Source: Nemertoderma westbladi
Lineage: Eukaryota > Animalia > Xenacoelomorpha
Length of the DNA: 33,528 bases
Reading direction: 5' to 3'
NCBI GenBank assembly: GCA_032718475.1
Contig: JAUCBJ010002936.1
Span: 1 to 33,528, forward strand
The position numbers and the translations under genes are program-made. The notes below the pieces were generated by a model that saw only the letters and a list, made by a program, of their open reading frames with translations, ran no database searches and was not told the origin of the DNA. Positions 1 through 11,736 of the stretch are shown here, piece after piece. The first letter of the stretch is position 1. Each line of letters opens with the position of its first letter.

Positions 1-262
1 CAAATCCAAGGGGAAGTGGGGACTGGACGCAATTCACAGCGGGGGGGGTCTGGACGCAAATGCAAGGGGCGGCTGGACGCAAATCCAAGGGGAGTAGGGG
101 AGGTGGGAACTGGACGCAAATCCAAGGGGGAGAAGGGACCTGGACGCAAATCCAAGGGGGGGGATCTGGACGCAAAGCCAAGGGGGAGGGGCGACTGGAC
201 GCAAATCCAAGGGGAGGAAGGGCTGGACGCAAATCCATGGGGGAGGGACTGTACGCAAATCT
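1..262. repeat. G-rich minisatellite, unit core CTGGACGCAAATCCAAGGGGG (~23-36 bp), ~9-10 copies, runs off the window start
   Basis: The core ctggacgcaaa recurs at about 23, 50, 73, 109, 140, 166, 194, 223 and 249, each followed by G-runs. Confidence 0.9.
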
Positions 263-360
263 AATCTGAGCGAATTAATATCTCGCCTCAATGTTAAATG
301 ATCAATTTAGGGAAAAGAGCAAGTTACAGTGAACGTTATTCTAACCAAAACATTAAACTA
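249..360 (+). repeat. Dispersed repeat, copy 1 (homologous to 16297..16408)
   Basis: gcgaattaatatctcgcctcaatgttaaatgatcaatttagggaaaagagca...taaacta aligns by eye with gcgaattaatatcccgcttcaatgttaaattctcaatttagggaaaggagca...taaacta at 16318..16408. Confidence 0.85.
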
Positions 361-769
361 AAATCAAAAGAACAGGTTACAGTTTTATTAGTATTATCAA
401 ATTTCCCCTGGAGAGGGATGAATTTTGTTTGCGTCGAAAGTCCCCCCTATATCTGCAACTGGAATAGTTTGACAGTAAAACGAAGACTCACATTTGGTCT
501 GGCTGCAGGCCTATATATAACTGACAAAACACTTTTGTTAAATTTCGATAATGTAGGGCTGCTGTAGGCCTACATTTTCACAACCAAACAATTATCTATC
601 AGTAGAGTCCTTAAGTCTTAATGGGGATATAAACTATAAACATATCGTATTATTAATACGATATCAATTAATATCATTATTCATACCCCAAAGAGTAGAA
701 GCGCTGACGTTACCATAACAACAAACATAAACAATAACAATACACATAAAAAAAGAAAGGGAATTTACT

Positions 770-2410
770 TAGTAGGCCAGGCTGTTAGCACCTATATAAA
801 CCGTGTACTGATGGCGTATGTTTATGGAGGGTTGACCTGGCATTCCCGCACCGTCTTCCAACCCGAGTCCACTTCTCCACTTCGTCCTCGATCCCCTGAG
901 ACAGTGGGAAGCCCCGCGGATGACTGCCAGTTGGATCCGGGTTCTAACCCACCCCATCACGACCCCGTAGGGCCTGCGGAGTTTGTTCGCTTGGGGGGCC
1001 AAGACCCCGTCACATGACACGACAAATGGCGAGAAATCGCCACGCCGAGCCCAGACTGCATCCGAGTAGAGCCGCTTCTTTTCATCTTCGGCCGACTCGA
1101 GGACGGAGCTTGCGGGGTGGCCCACATACGACCCGGCGTCAAGGTTAACCAACCTGATGTCAATCAATGCCTGGGTCTGTGGGTTGAAAGCCCCCCTGAA
1201 TACCCACGTTGCAACGAAGACCTGAAACTCCATAGACCACCTGCAGTTCCTGAACGACTGGCTCACAAGTGACATTTCTTGGCCCGAATGCCATTGCTGC
1301 TAGGTCGCCCACAACGTCCCTGAGCTCATTCTGCCGTTGGATAACGAGACCCCCTGTGCAGAAAACGGCGGCTCGTTGCATGGTTTGGTGACATACTTGA
1401 GGCATTGTACCTCTTTGAACTCGATTTCCTCCCGAGCCAACTGTTCCACACGCCCCGTTTTCCGTGCCTTCTGCAGACAGGCGATGTGGTCCACCAATGA
1501 GAATGTTTCTTCTCCAAGGATGGCCTCACTGAGGTAGCGGGTTCCTGCCTGGGAAGTCTTAAAGGAGGGAGTAGCCTCTATGACTGGATTGCGCAGCGCA
1601 AGCAAAGCAAAGCAAGCAAGCAAAGCAAACAGTCGGCCGAAGCCGGAGGCGACCCGAAGGCTCCTCTTTCGATAGCTGCTACCCGAGGGTAGGGGTGGGC
1701 GCTACTCCTATCCCAAGATTTGCTCCCAGTTATTTAACTGGTACTCATTTTATCGACCCCAGTGGATGAAAGGCTGAGTGGACCCTGGCGGGGCTGAACC
1801 TACAACCAATAGATTGCAGGCCCGGCGCTCAACCAACTGAGCTACCCCGCCTTTTACTTGCGCAGCGCAGGCAGGCCCAATCCACCAGAGCGTGGGGATA
1901 GGGCGAACAGTTTGCATTCCTTGGTGGATATTTCGCCTCCGAGTATTGCCGGAAGGAAACGTTGTGTGATTGCTTCCTCAAGGATAGGGAACTCGTGGCT
2001 GCAGTCCAATGTGACACGCTGGAGGTAAGCCCATTCCCTCTGCAGGGAGCAGGCCATGGCTGAAAACGCAGCTTGTGGCTGTTCGGCAGCCATCTATGTC
2101 AGTCTGTCGACGGCGTCAACCCAAGCCACCTTAACCCCCACAAATGCTGCCTTATCTGATGCCTGGCCCAGAAAACCACCGAGGAATTGGTACCCCGTGA
2201 CGACATTGATGGAGTGACCCGAAAAGATCCGCTTTGCCTCCTCCATATGTGCTGGTGATACCACGAGGTAGCTCTTGAATGGTTCAGGGAAGTATCAGAG
2301 GGCTGGTACTGCTGGAACCACTTCAATATATCTTTGAGTATCCCTGCTGTAGTGGAGTCGTTGGCAAAGCAGTTCTGTCGAGTTTCTGGGGACTGGACTG
2401 TCAGGGCCCT
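770..2410 (-). mobile_element. Degenerate CRE-clade non-LTR retrotransposon, 3' half (RT YADD region, thumb, CCHC knuckle, restriction-like endonuclease)
   Basis: Minus-strand fragments: RQNCFANDSTTAG..KWFQ (decayed YADD box, ~2330-2385); SLQREWAYLQR..LFALSPRSGGLGL; CTGGLVIQRQNELRDVVGDL (knuckle); IDIRLVNLDAGSY..AEDEKKRLY..FSPFVVSCDG..RTRIQLAVIRGASHCLRGSR (RLE). Several frameshifts. Confidence 0.85.
1601..1857 (-). mobile_element. tRNA-derived SINE with conserved central domain, RTE-like 3' end and (TTGC/TTTGC)n tail; 12-bp TSD
   Basis: Minus strand begins GGCGGGGTAGCTCAGTTGGTTGAGCGCC..GTAGGTTCAGCCCCGCC (A box, degenerate B box), then CACTCAGCCTTTCATCC..GGTCGATAAAATGAGTACCAG, ending in a microsatellite tail. 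TTGCGCAGCGCA flanks it at 1589..1600 and 1858..1869. Confidence 0.9.
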
Positions 2411-2849
2411 AAACCGATTAGGTTCTCTGTTCGCAGAACACCGAACACTATTCCGGCCACGGAACTAGTCCAGCAGAATGCCTTTATAGAATCCTGGAAT
2501 TTGTGGGACGAGAGGATCTCAGCAACTAAGCGAAAACGAACAATAGGATGTTCCTAGACCCCCCCCCCAAAATTTATCCAGAAGACTTTTCGCCATACAT
2601 AATGTGTTAAAAAAGTCTACGGTTCTCCAGCTAGGGCCAATTTGAGTCAAAAAGTCCGCTTCCCTAGCAACCACGTTGCTATGGAGATAAGTCCAGAACC
2701 GCTAATGCTACGGACTTGGGACCGGCGCCAATCGATAGGCAGCATATGGGTTTACATTCAAATGAAAAAGTTGAGAGTGATCCGATCATGATCTTGACCA
2801 TGATCAGCAAAGATCAGTTTTGATCAGCAATCGGACACTCAAGGCTTGC

Positions 2850-4030
2850 TCCAATCGAAAAACTTAACATTACAAAAAGATTCAGCGACCCCACATTAGT
2901 CATGATTCCCGTTAAAAGATTTTAAAAAAAGTGAATTCTTCCCGGTCAAAACGCAAGATCATGATCGCGCAAAGATCGGACTTCGTAAAATCGTAACTAA
3001 GCATTTTGGATATAAACAATTACTGTAGGAAACGTTCAGAACACCGCCCTGAGTCGATTAAAAAAAAAATTGGCCCGATCGGACAGCCGGTTCTCGAGAT
3101 CTGATACCTGATCATTAAAGATGATATTTTTCGGTTTTTTCAAATTTTCTCGAAAACTTTGTTTGAGACCCCCGATTTTTTTTTTACGAATCGACTTCTA
3201 TGATGAAGGGGCAACTTTTGAGCATTTCGAAATTTTCAAAAAGCGATTTGATCAGGCCGCGATCAGAAAAGATCGTGTTTTCGGTTTTATTTTGAAGACC
3301 AAGTCCTGGGAGTTCACCGTATGGAAAAACTTAACATCACAAAAAGATTCCTCGCCCTCGAATTATGGGGGGTAGCCAAAATTTGGGCATAAAAAAGTTC
3401 AAGTCTAGTGGGTCAAAACTCAAGATCATGATCGCGAAAAGATCAGTATATTTAAAATCGAATCTAAGCATTTTTCTAATAAACATTCATTGTAAGAAAT
3501 GTGCAATGGTCTATTCTGAGTTGATTAAAAAAAAATTGGCTCGATCGGGCAACCAGTTCTCGAGATCAGCTTCCTGATCATAAAAGATCGTGTTTTTCAG
3601 TTTTTCCCGATTTTCTCTAAAACTTTGTTTGAGACCCCCGATTTATTTTTTACTAATCGACTTCTATTAAGAAGGGGCAACTTTTGAGCATTTCAAAATT
3701 TTCAAAAAGCGATTTGATCAGGCCATGATCAGGAAAGATCATGTTTTCGGTTTTATTTCGAAGACCAAGTCCTGTGAGTTCACCGTATGAAAAAACTTAA
3801 CATTACAAAAAGATTCCTCACCCTCGAATTCGGGGGGGTAGCCAAAATTTGACCATAAAAAGTTCAATTCTAGGGGGTCAAAAGATCATGATCGCGAAAT
3901 GATCAGTTTTTTCGAAATTACTTCTGAGCATTTTGGGGCAAAACTTTCAAACTAAAAAACATTCACTGGAGTGTTCTAAGTAGATTAAAAAAATTTCGAC
4001 TCAATAGGCCTACCGGTACCGGAGATATGG
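2850..4030. repeat. ~467-bp tandem repeat (about 2.5 diverged copies), GATC-rich
   Basis: The anchor aacttaacat(t/c)acaaaaagatt occurs at 2861, 3328 and 3794 (spacing 467, 466). The blocks aaaactttgtttgagacccc and gaaggggcaacttttgagcattt repeat at similar spacing. Confidence 0.85.
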
Positions 4031-5789
4031 TCGTCCAAAGTCTGCTTCCGGTAATTCGAAAATATTTCGAAAACCCTTGATCGAATTTTTTCCTTGAAAA
4101 TATGTGAATGTACAGTTAGTGGACCCGCATCTAACGATATATCACAATCCATATTTCGGATGATAGGTACCAGTGAAATCAGACTTTACAAAAAAAATTC
4201 AAATTTTAGCTACTCATGTCTGACTATCTCGAAAACTATAATAGGTATGGAAATACTTTCACTGCAAGAAATGTTCGCCTATCCAATGCGCTTCTAACTC
4301 TGTGCTCGGATTTTGCATAGTGTCAAAGAGCGCCAGTACTATCTTTCATTATTATGAAGTAATAAGGGCGGTGGGTGGGGTAGGTGGTGAACACTATTTA
4401 TAGGGTGGAGGGTGGGTCTAGTATATTACTTTAGGATATTTGATTTCTTTGCAATATAGTTTAGCTGCCTCAGTCTTATTTGTAATATGTTATACATTAT
4501 ACCAAATTATATCAAGTTTTAACATACTACATTGTCTACCTGTAGGAGAAATATACAATGTAGGGCTCATAATATATTTATAAATAGATTTAGTATATTT
4601 ACATTGTATAACAGAGTTAATTGATACTATTACGGTATTATACTAAAGACGCCGCTTTGATATATCTGATCAAATGGCAATTTCTTGTATATTATCATCT
4701 ATTTCACTATCTTGGGTATATCATTCAATTTCTAAAACTATAATAATAAAAATTTACTTCACTTCTTGTTTACTCGCATGGATATATTGATATAAAACAC
4801 TTCAGTATAATATCTTATAGGGCCAAACGCAGATTAATCGGAATAATATGTTTAATTATTGTTACAATTGGCACATTGAAGTAAGTAGAACATGAGTTTG
4901 ATAAAATAATTATGAATCTGTATCTTATTCTACTTTGTCTATATGATTATGTTATATAATAATGTTACTTTATCACTTTGGTTTAAACCGATCTCCTTTA
5001 CTATTACTTACTACTTATACTACTACTACTACTACTATTATTACTACTGCTACTGACTACTACAGAGTTATATATTATAAGAGGATGGGGTTCGTGATTA
5101 TTAGTTATTATACAAGTGCCCCTCGGCTATAGAGAGTCCACCCTCGGTTGCTTACTGGATCCGCCGAATTAAAGGAAGACTCCCATTATTGCGTAAAGCA
5201 TTATGGCCAGTGGGTCCCCTGGGTGATTCTCACCGAAAGTGGCCAAATAGAACTGAAATATTCCTGAAATATTCCATTGAAATCATACAAAACTATATAT
5301 ATTCTGAAAGCATTTTTTAAGGAGAATTCAATGGTGACAATCTCCGAGATGTTAGATAAAATCTTAAAGAAATTATCAAGGTAAAGTATGTGTCCTGCCT
5401 GTAATGGTTTGTCCCTCCATGTAATACGAGTTTTTAGGCTGTAAATTGCCCCTGTAATGCAATGTCCCAGCCCTGTAACAATATATTCATATATCTCTAT
5501 TGGTAGGCCTACCGTGTAATGCGATGTCCCCACATTGTAACAATATAATAGTCATGTACGTATGTATTTAGTTAATTTTTCATACATAAATTTTTAGTAA
5601 GTTTTCCGAGAAAGATAAGTTTTGTCATAATTGTGTATTATTTTTAAAAATTAATATAATCGACCACAGAAAAGAAACCAAAAACAGACAATTCCAAACT
5701 ATTCGTAAGTTGCTACAATCGCCTAGAAACAAAATTAGTTCGGACAGAGTGCATTCGAAATTCAATAAACTTCGAAATTATATAAATTT

Positions 5790-7614
5790 TTCATTCAGAC
5801 ACAATTTGGAGAGAATCAATTGAGGGGTAAAGTTCAGCATCCGAATCAAACCCTGTAAAATCTAAAATCACGTAGTCTTTCACTGCACTTGAATGCTTCA
5901 TACATAATAGTTCGCATGGTGGAAGACAAGACAATTGCTTCATGTATAATACTCCATTAAGAAAAGCAACTCATGTGCCTTACCATACCTGGGATCGGTT
6001 GTGGGGACAGGTGTTAGTAAACATTGAGCTTCATCGATCTCTGCTGTTGTATAGGTAATAAATTTTATTGTTGATCTTTCTATTAACAACTGGACAATAG
6101 TATTGACATCGTGAGTAGGAGCTGTAACGTCCATGCCAATGACAGCATCTAAGGTTCTTTTAATAGCGCCGCCGATACCGTCAACTGGCCCTTTAGCATG
6201 TCCTGCCTTGGTATAGATCCATTTAAAATTATCAAGATTTTTCTCCCTTGCGTATTTGTTAAACAAATGAATGATAAAGCGGTTGCGATATTGACTGCTT
6301 GGTGAATCTGAAATTATGACTAAATGGTGTATGTAATCTGTAACTACAACCTCTAAGACCTTGAGTACGTTTGCATATACTGCGGCTGCCTGATGATTTG
6401 TGTCAGAACTCAATGCTGCATAGCTCTGGGATTCAGAGTTTCCCTTAGTTACATACATACACTGAATCGAAGGCTGTTCTTGGCTGTAGTATGCCGAATG
6501 AATTTCTCTAGGATGAGGAATACTGAAATTTTCGCTCCAATCTATTTGGATAACGACTGTATCATTGCTCAACTTCCCGATTCGTTTGGCTTCTTTAACA
6601 GCCGAATATTGAGTTCTAAGCCGATAAATATGATCTTTAAGGCTACATAGCTCCTCTTTCAGTATCGGTCTCAACCTAGCTAATTTAAGGGTCTTAGAGA
6701 CACAGCGCCATATTCGCTTTTTATTATCCTCACTTACAATATTCTCCCACATCATAACGTTCACATCTAAAGTTGAAGGCTTTAGCTTTGCCTCAATCCA
6801 ATCTGTATTTTCATCCAAGGCCAGTTCATCTGCTTTTGAACCTCTGGGAAGTAAATCAACTTTAACTAATGATTCTATCATTAATTGTGGGTTAAGACAG
6901 TTAATACACAGACAGGTCCCCCAATCGGAAGCCTTTGGTTGAACTACATTAGGCGGCCAATATTTACAGAAGAGACTGTAGGAAAAATCTATCCCACTTT
7001 CCATCATAAATTTTTGATGAAGAACCGCACCGTAATCTGTCTGATATCGAAGAGGGACTTTCTCCTTCACGGAACCAATCTTTTCGATTACAACATATTT
7101 ATCTTTGTCTGGACAAACCTTCGAAACGCTGTCATCATTAGCAAACTCTTCGACCAATTGCTTTAATTCACTTCTTTTGTTAGAACCAATAGCGCTACGT
7201 AGCTTAGATCGAATGCGACAGCCAAGTTTCCAAAGTTTATTTAGGGTCTGATTATCACCCACTGCAAATAATTTTCGCTTTGTCCGTGGGGTTAAATTTC
7301 AGAGAGCCTGAAGGGGCATTCAGCTTTTCTTGGGAGTTGAGAGTGACTTTTCATTCTGAGCAGATTCGCTTAGGAACTTCACCAAATTTTTAAGATTCTG
7401 ATTATCTCGCTGAAGGGTACGGTTTTCGATTTCCAAGTTTAGAATCTTCTGACTTTGGCGCCTATTTTCTGTTAATCTTGTTAATCTATTCTTCGCTCTT
7501 GTCTGCAATCCGGTGTTGGACTGCCACTTTGAAGTTGATTCCCCTGATGAGGTGGTTGAAGACATCGCGATCGTTCGGGTTTCAGCCAATTGTTTACACT
7601 TAGCCCTGTATGCT
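5790..7614 (-). pseudogene. Sola-like (probably Sola2) DDD transposase, inactivated; N-terminal part cut by an LTR insertion
   Basis: Motifs IQIDWSENF..EIHSAYY, IISDSPSSQYRN and GHAKGPVDGIGGAIKR, plus CLCINCLN. ORFs 7320..7589 and 5940..7262 share a frame separated by two TGA codons. The frame is open up to 7614 (AYRAKCKQLAETR). A frameshifted C-terminus KQLSCLPPCELLCMKH lies below 5940. The superfamily call is from recalled motifs. Confidence 0.75.
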
Positions 7615-8470
7615 TGTTAGTAGTAGAGGAAGCATGGCCCTCGGCGTAAGTCCTCCCTAGCTTGGGCTATGGGCATTCCATTCGGAGGGCTATTAAAAAT
7701 GCCAAATTCCGGAGCTAAATTGCGATGCGCGCCATATGTCACCATCGGCAGTTGCCATCAACCAATCGTAGCGTAGCCTAACCTCGCGATGCCCGCCTTA
7801 CTCGACTACTGACTAACTAACTAACCCTAATGTTATTCACCTTTTCGCCACGTTACCACCACCACTGTATACTGTATATGGTGACGACGTGGCCATCTAC
7901 ACGCATCATGCATGTGACGGGATCCAGGAAGGATTCCGGTTTATCCGGTTGTTTAGTTCACGCGTCCCCGCCGTGTGTATGAAAGGTAAAAAGAGTTCGT
8001 GTCGTTCGTCGTATATAATAATCGGTTGTACGGATATATAGATATAGGGTATATAGATATAGGTATATGGATAATGTTGTGGTATACGGAAGGCGGGATA
8101 CGGTAATTAAAGTCCCGGTCCTTCCCTAGCTAAACTAACTAACCTAACTAGCACCAATATGATACTGAGATAACTGAACTGAAATGATTACTGCCAACTG
8201 GCTATATTGCACGGTTGGCCTTATTACTCTACCTAATCGATGCCTTTCCCCCCTCTGATTGGTTGATACCCTTGTTGGCGCCCTTTGGAGTGTTCCCGTT
8301 CACTCCACCTGTTCTCTCTGGGTTAGGGGTTTGGCCCCTGACCCTCATTGTGTTTCTCCTTCCCATTTTGTTGGGGTGACACGAGTTGGTGATTACCCAA
8401 TCTCGTGGCCCCCAATATTGCTTATCGGCTTAACTTTTATGGGGTGTTAGCGGGATTGAATAAGCTAACA
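7615..8470 (-). repeat. Putative 3' LTR (~856 bp)
   Basis: Inverted termini TGTTAG (7615..7620) and CTAACA (8465..8470). It directly abuts a polypurine tract, and its left end coincides with the break in the Sola transposase frame. No second LTR is in the window. Confidence 0.75.
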
Positions 8471-8480
8471 CTCCCCCCCA
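8471..8480 (-). other. Polypurine tract
   Basis: The minus strand reads TGGGGGGGAG immediately followed by TGTTAGC. Confidence 0.75.
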
Positions 8481-9189
8481 TGCTATCTTCCCGGTGAGAA
8501 GATAACATCCACCTTAAAGTGCGCTACAATCCCGCTGGATCCCGATCTAGTATCGGGTGTGGGGTGGAATTCTTTTTCTCGGAGCCGGCTTTCCAGGCCG
8601 CTCCCTATGGGTATGATAACGCTACGCTGTATGCCTGGCGTCCCATGTCGGGCCGATCGCGCTCACCTCTCACGCGACTTTTGTTTCCCCAACACTTTCG
8701 CCCTATCTCTTCTCCACTCTCACCCTAACTCTCTCATACCCTCGGACCTCCTCGTCCCTCACTCAGCCTCTTATTCTCCCCCCCCCCCCCCACACTAGAA
8801 TTGCGTCCGCACTCTCTCCGCACTTCGCACCATTACTCCATCCCTCAACCCCACTTCGACTACCTCATCCCTTCTGACGAATCTCCCCCCCCCCCCTTGT
8901 GCCGTCGCACTCAAGAAGTGTGAAATCGTCTGGTGTCTCGTCCATAGTGCCATAGTCAGTTATCCCCCCAGTCCCAGTAGCTAATTGAGAAAGGTTGCAT
9001 GACTATAGTACTTACTCCGAACGTATATTTTATTGCTAAACTACTGATCACTACGTACGTACATATAATTGCACTTATTTTAATTATTTGCATCAGCTTA
9101 GTTTGTACTTAATAGTTCGTATGTCCCACGCGGCGCCTTCCAGGCGTACCACGTCCAAGTCTCAGTTTCTCTCCCCCAGCCCTGGGAAC

Positions 9190-11736
9190 CTATCTGTTCC
9201 TCTGGGGATAGTTCCCCCTGGCGTCCTCTTCCCTGGGTCGTTTCTTGGTTACCACCGCTCCTCTGGGATCCGCTTTCTGCTTTCGGACTTTCGCCGCCAC
9301 CTCCCTGCTGATTCCGGTTGTTGGCTCCTTGGGCGCTGGTGTTATTAGTGTCCGATATCGCTTCGCCGGTGGCCCCTCAGAGTGGCCCTGTTGTCTCCCT
9401 CTGGTGGCGTCCCATAGGATCATCTTCATTGCTCGCGGAACGGGCTCCGCCAAGAAATCCCTAAACTCCCCTCAGTTCTGTGGCGTCCACCTGTCCAAAT
9501 ATCTTTGTGTGTTCATCACTCCGGCATACGACGCCGCCGTTGCTACCTCTTGATAGGTAAACGGTAGCCTCCGCTTTATGATTTCCATGTGAGCCTCCTG
9601 ATTGATAAGGAAGAAACCCCACTTGAACTCCTGGGCCTTCATGCGCTGGCGCGTCATAGCCCCGACGTCAGCCCACTCCTCGAATCTTCTGAACTTCTCT
9701 TCGTCGTCCATCCAGTCGCACTGGCGCCCGTAGTGTCCCCGAAAGTTGCACTTCGGACATCGGTTATGCAACCGTGGACACGCCCCCATCCTGTGGCTCG
9801 ACTCTCGGCAATAGAGACAAAAGGTTCCCCGTTGGAACCGGTACAAGCAGCTCCTTTCCTGGTGGGTCTGTCTCCCACAGTGGTCGCAGCCGAGTACCAA
9901 TGTCTCCCGCCCCACGTCGTCTTTCGTCCCAAGCGATCTCCGCAGTCTGTGGAGTCGCTGGTAGGCGAACTTCTCCACGTTGGTGTCCCTGTCTACGTCG
10001 ATCTCTCCGCCCCTTTCGGGCATTGTCTCCCCGAATACTATCCGTGGTGCCGTCCCCAGTTGCTCGCCCAACCTGATAGTGCTCCCCGCGAAATCCATCG
10101 CCGGATCCTCGTGCACCCAGGTCCGCTTGCCGGATCTGTTCCAGAAGGCCCTCGCCCCACTGGCCGTCACCACCCTCCCGCCAACCCAGTCCGTGTCCGA
10201 GTGGCCAATCCTCTCGATGGGCGGCACCCCTCCGAACTCGTCGTCGTCCTCCTCCTCCTCTGGCAGTGGCTCCAACCCCGGTATCCCGATGGATCCACTA
10301 TGTCCCTTCCCGCCTTGGCTCTCGCCCGTAGCTCTCCATCCCTCTAGCTCCCTTAACTTCCTTGGCGGTTGGTCACCTTCGGCGCCCGCTGGTATGGGCA
10401 TCTCTTGCAACCCCGACGTCGACTGTTTCGGTGATCCCACCGTCCATCCCAGTTCTCGCCCTAGAGACTCCCCCAAACTCCCTGACGAAGTCCAATGAAG
10501 TTCGTCTAAGCCTGCCTGTTCCTCGAAGCCGTAACTCTGCGTCCTGGCCTCCTCTTCCCTCTCATCTGCTTCTATCCTCTCCCGTCTAGCGACTTCTTCC
10601 AGTCAATTTGCATCTCGTCTATCCGTTTCTAGCTGCTCCCATCTCTGATACGGCGTATCTGTCTCCCTGTCTACCAGATGCCGGCTGTTGTAGTACACCG
10701 ACTCGCCCTTCAGCCCCGGGTGGTCTACCAGACCGTCGAAGGCCATTTTAAAGGCTCTCCTGTAGCTTAGGGGTGATCCCGATAACAGAAATGCCGCTGG
10801 TTCCCTCTTGATAACCACGGTCATAAACAAGTTAAGCAAACTTATCATCATCCAGTCTTCCTGCAGGATATATCGCTTCTGATATACCTTTATCGCTCCT
10901 CTGCGGAATTGATATACCTCTTGCTTTCCCGGTCTCGCTCCCCACTTTAGCGAGTTCGCTAGTTCTGCTCCGAATTCTTCCCTGAACTTCCCCCAGTCCA
11001 TCGGTTTGTGGCACACGAGCCCCAATAGTTGGCCCATTGCCACCGCCCCGCATTGGCCTGTGTTTTCGACTACCCCCAACCCATCCGGTGCTGTCATAGC
11101 CATAAAGACCTTCTGCATATCCAGGAGGTTGGTGGCGTCCGGACCGATGATTCTCTCCGCATCCTCGCGAATCGCCGATCCTACTTTCGTCGTCGACTTC
11201 TCTCTTACCAAGACTTGTACCACTTTCGGCAACCGGTTTAATTTCGGCCCGTCCTTCTTCCCATACGTTCCTAGATCGAATAAGAAGATGTCCCCATTTG
11301 GCGCGGCCAAATGTAGGAGTATGGTCCTGGCCGACCCCGCCGATCCTCGTCTCGAACCCGCCTCGTCTTCCACGGTTCCCTCGTCGTCTAGGATCATATA
11401 TCCTCCCCTGTTGACGGACTCTATGAATCTCTTCCAGTCCTTCCTCGGTGATTCCCTCGGGTACTTCGGAATCCCGAACTTCGCCTCGTCCCCTTTCACC
11501 ACGTAGTGGAAGTGTTGGAAGATCGCGTTGTCCAGCGACGGCGTCCCGTAGGTCCCGACCAGCCGCTGTTCGTGCATCTCCCGGAAGTGATCCTGCAGCG
11601 CCCGTGCCGCGTGACCCCTTTCCAACCTCTCGTAGTATCCTCTCGTCTTCTCTTCCGGATGCCTCTCGGTGAAATCCACCAGTATCTCCTTTCCTCCTGA
11701 CTCCGCCTTTCTCTTTCTGATCAATTTGCTCGCCAT
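9190..11736 (-). pseudogene. Retrotransposon accessory ORF (~850 codons, two in-frame TGA): DEDD 3'-5' exonuclease + 3 CCHC zinc knuckles
   Basis: ORFs 10603..11745, 9472..10476 and 9190..9453 share one frame, with gaps of 42 and 6 sense codons. Exonuclease motifs: YMILDDEG; ILLHLAAPNGDIFLFDL; LPKVVQVLVREKSTTKVGSAIREDAERI; LLDMQ; QKRYILQED. Knuckles: CDHCGRQTHQERSC, CLYCRESSHRMGAC, CPKCNFRGHYGRQC. First ATG at 11736. Confidence 0.75.

Noticed and set aside
1-262. CRISPR-like repeat-spacer pattern and short ORFs
   Set aside because: Spacers are only G-runs, the context is eukaryotic and there are no cas genes; the ORFs are translations of the repeat.
1785-1852. tRNA gene on the minus strand
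   Set aside because: The B box is degenerate and the sequence continues into a SINE body with tail and TSD.
7615-8480. Copia assignment from TGTTAG ends and a GGGGGAG PPT
   Set aside because: No Copia coding sequence is present and the nearest same-strand pol remnant is BEL-type. Linkage is still inferred, not proven.
9472-10476. Gag of a separate retroelement
   Set aside because: The knuckles are in frame with an upstream exonuclease domain, no capsid-like region is recognisable, and no protease or RT follows.
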